From Candidatus Nanopusillus sp. (lineage in GTDB: Archaea; Nanobdellota; Nanobdellia; Nanobdellales; Nanobdellaceae), in contig JAWDMD010000020.1 in assembly GCA_046536775.1 (NCBI GenBank), forward strand, positions 1 to 7,708: 7,708 nt of DNA, given 5' to 3'. Made by a program: the position numbers and the translations under genes. Below are positions 6,252 to 7,708 of this stretch, piece after piece (within the stretch, counting starts at the first letter, position 1; the number at the start of each line of letters is the position of its first letter). The notes under the pieces are model-generated. The model worked only from the letters and a program-made list of their open reading frames with translations, did not search any database and had not been told where the DNA came from.

Positions 6252-6731
6252 ATGAAAACTCAATTCGGAACAATTCTTGTAGAAATTATATTATTTATAG
6301 TTGCTGGTATTGCTGCTTATATATTTGTTTCTACTGCATATAATAATTTAAATGGAATAAGTAATGCTGCAATTGAGAATTCTCAATCATTACAAAATCA
6401 ATTAAATACTTATATTACATTAGATTCTTGTGCATATAATAGTACTACAAATTTATTATATTTCTATGTAACAAATAGAGGAAGTGTTGTATTAAATCAG
6501 AATCTAACATTATTATTTATTAATGGAGGATTGATAAATAATACACAAATTTATATTGCAAATAGTTATACTGGTACCTCTGCATGGGGTCCTTATGATA
6601 CAATTGCAATTGTTGCAAATATTTCTGTAACAACAAACTTTTATCAGGTAAGAATTGTAGCATCTACTGGGGCATATACACAGAATTTAATATATGTTAA
6701 TACAACAGCAAGTACATGTACAGTAGAATGA
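6252..6731 (+). CDS. Type IV pilin-like / ArlG(FlaG)-like secreted or membrane-anchored protein
   Basis: 159 aa. It has a short leader MKTQFG, then the hydrophobic helix TILVEIILFIVAGIAAYIFV. The body is Asn/Ser/Thr-rich with 5 N-x-S/T sequons and 2 Cys. The strand pattern LLYFYVTNRGSVVLNQNLTLLFINGG resembles, from memory, the beta-sandwich of archaellum FlaF/FlaG-type proteins. The family assignment is tentative. Confidence 0.5.
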   Translation: MKTQFGTILVEIILFIVAGIAAYIFVSTAYNNLNGISNAAIENSQSLQNQLNTYITLDSCAYNSTTNLLYFYVTNRGSVVLNQNLTLLFINGGLINNTQIYIANSYTGTSAWGPYDTIAIVANISVTTNFYQVRIVASTGAYTQNLIYVNTTASTCTVE

Positions 6732-7174
6732 GATCTGATTTAGGATCGATTATCGGAGCAATTATTGGATTTGTTATTTTTATTATTTCTTCATCAGTTT
6801 TATATTTAATTTTAAATAATTATTATAAAAATTTTTATTATACAGCAAATTCAATAGATAATCAAATAAAAAATATTGTTGGAGAAAATATAAAATTTTT
6901 AAATAATCAAACAAACTATTCGAGTCCATATTTAATTATATATAATAATGGAAATAAGGCATTGGATTTATCATGTTTTCAATTATATGTTAATGGTTAT
7001 TTTTCTTCATTTAATTATTCCATATATTATTTATATTCATCAAATCTATTATTGCCTGGAGAAAATGCAACAATATATTTTAATAATAATTATCTAGTAA
7101 ATAATTCATGGAACTATATAATATTGGCATCTTGTTATGGGGCTAAGTTTCAAACTTTAATATATGCTAGTTAA
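6728..7174 (+). CDS. Type IV pilin-like / ArlF(FlaF)-like membrane-anchored protein
   Basis: Preferred start is ATG 6728, which overlaps the upstream stop as ATGA (6728-6731). The product is MRSDLG-SIIGAIIGFVIFIISSSVLYLIL..., 148 aa. The body YLIIYNNGNKALDLSCFQLYVNGYF...LLPGENATIYF is FlaF/FlaG-like, with 5 sequons and 2 Cys. The track start at 6716 (MYSRMRSDLG) is also possible. Confidence 0.5.
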   Translation: MRSDLGSIIGAIIGFVIFIISSSVLYLILNNYYKNFYYTANSIDNQIKNIVGENIKFLNNQTNYSSPYLIIYNNGNKALDLSCFQLYVNGYFSSFNYSIYYLYSSNLLLPGENATIYFNNNYLVNNSWNYIILASCYGAKFQTLIYAS

Positions 7175-7184
7175 TTAATATAAT

Positions 7185-7708
7185 ATGAGATTACAATCTG
7201 AAACAATTATAGCATTGATATTATTAATAGTAGGTGCTCTTGCTACTATTATAATATTCAATATAATATCTCCAAATTTAAATATTATAAATCCATCTGG
7301 ACAGGAAATTTCAAGATCTTTAGAATTAAATTTCCAATTATTAGATTATTTTATAGCAAACAATACATTGTATGCATATGTAAAACCTTCAGAACCTGTT
7401 AATTATTCTCAAATATTTGCAATTGTAAATGATAAATTAGCTAATGTTTATCCTTATAATTCAAATGGATCAATTGTAAATCCATATAACGATGGTTTAT
7501 TAATTGTTGTTGCCAATTTATCACAAATTCCTCTAGATCAAAATGGAAATTATGAATTAGAAGTTGGATTAGAAAATGATATAATTGGAATATTTACTAT
7601 AAAATATATTTCTAATTCATTAATTAATTATTTTCAACCACCAATTATTTTTAATATATCAAATTTAACTTCAAGTACTACTTCTAGTACTCTAACTTGT
7701 CAATTGCC
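7185..7708 (+). CDS. Third pilin-like / membrane-anchored surface protein, partial (continues past window end)
   Basis: Hand translation from ATG 7185 is open to the window end (174 codons): MRLQSETIIALILLIVGALATIIIFNIISPN...LYAYVKPSEPVNYSQIFAIVNDK...FNISNLTSSTTSSTLTCQL. It has the same leader, TM helix and Asn-rich body as the two genes before it. There are 6 sequons in the visible part. It is not in the track because no stop lies in the window. Confidence 0.45.
   Translation, partial: MRLQSETIIALILLIVGALATIIIFNIISPNLNIINPSGQEISRSLELNFQLLDYFIANNTLYAYVKPSEPVNYSQIFAIVNDKLANVYPYNSNGSIVNPYNDGLLIVVANLSQIPLDQNGNYELEVGLENDIIGIFTIKYISNSLINYFQPPIIFNISNLTSSTTSSTLTCQL

Noticed and set aside
6716-6727. 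Track start codon at 6716 for the second pilin-like ORF (MYSRMRSDLG)
   Set aside because: It is not excluded. The ATG at 6728 gives the ATGA overlap and a 6-residue leader that matches the paralogues, so I annotated 6728 as the start.
1-7708. CRISPR arrays, long tandem or inverted repeats, transposase or IS elements, toxin-antitoxin or other defence genes
   Set aside because: I saw no repeated spacer-repeat periodicity, no terminal inverted repeats and no recognisable defence or transposase motifs in any long ORF. The only mobile element supported is the intein.

Overview
Very AT-rich (about a quarter GC by eye), tightly packed, archaeal-looking window with no rRNA, tRNA, CRISPR array or transposase that I can support. 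On the minus strand, 1-2245 is the 5' part of a class II ribonucleotide reductase (ATP-cone plus catalytic core). It is interrupted at its catalytic N-x-C-x-E loop by a LAGLIDADG-type intein that runs off the left edge. This ORF, the largest in the window, is missing from the supplied track, apparently because it has no stop inside the window. It is followed by a compact four-gene minus-strand block: Memo-like protein, Hsp20 small heat-shock protein, NOG1-family GTPase and metallophosphoesterase. On the plus strand there is a 271-aa ORF that is clearly GatE (archaeal Glu-tRNA(Gln) amidotransferase subunit E) but covers only the N-terminal part of that roughly 600-aa protein. After it come three tandem small genes; the third is also absent from the track because it runs off the right edge. 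Each of the three encodes a short charged leader, one N-terminal hydrophobic helix, and an Asn/Ser/Thr-rich, sequon-rich, Cys-containing body. I read these as a type IV pilin-like / ArlG-ArlF-like surface-filament module. The points most worth follow-up are the fragmentary GatE (a split gene?), the divergent pilin-like trio (one has a bacterial-looking MKxQxG|xxLxE prepilin N-terminus), and the intein at the RNR active site. Together with the composition and gene density, these suggest a reduced DPANN/Nanoarchaeota-like genome. That taxonomic reading is inference only. I did not find anything I can defend as a completely new system.
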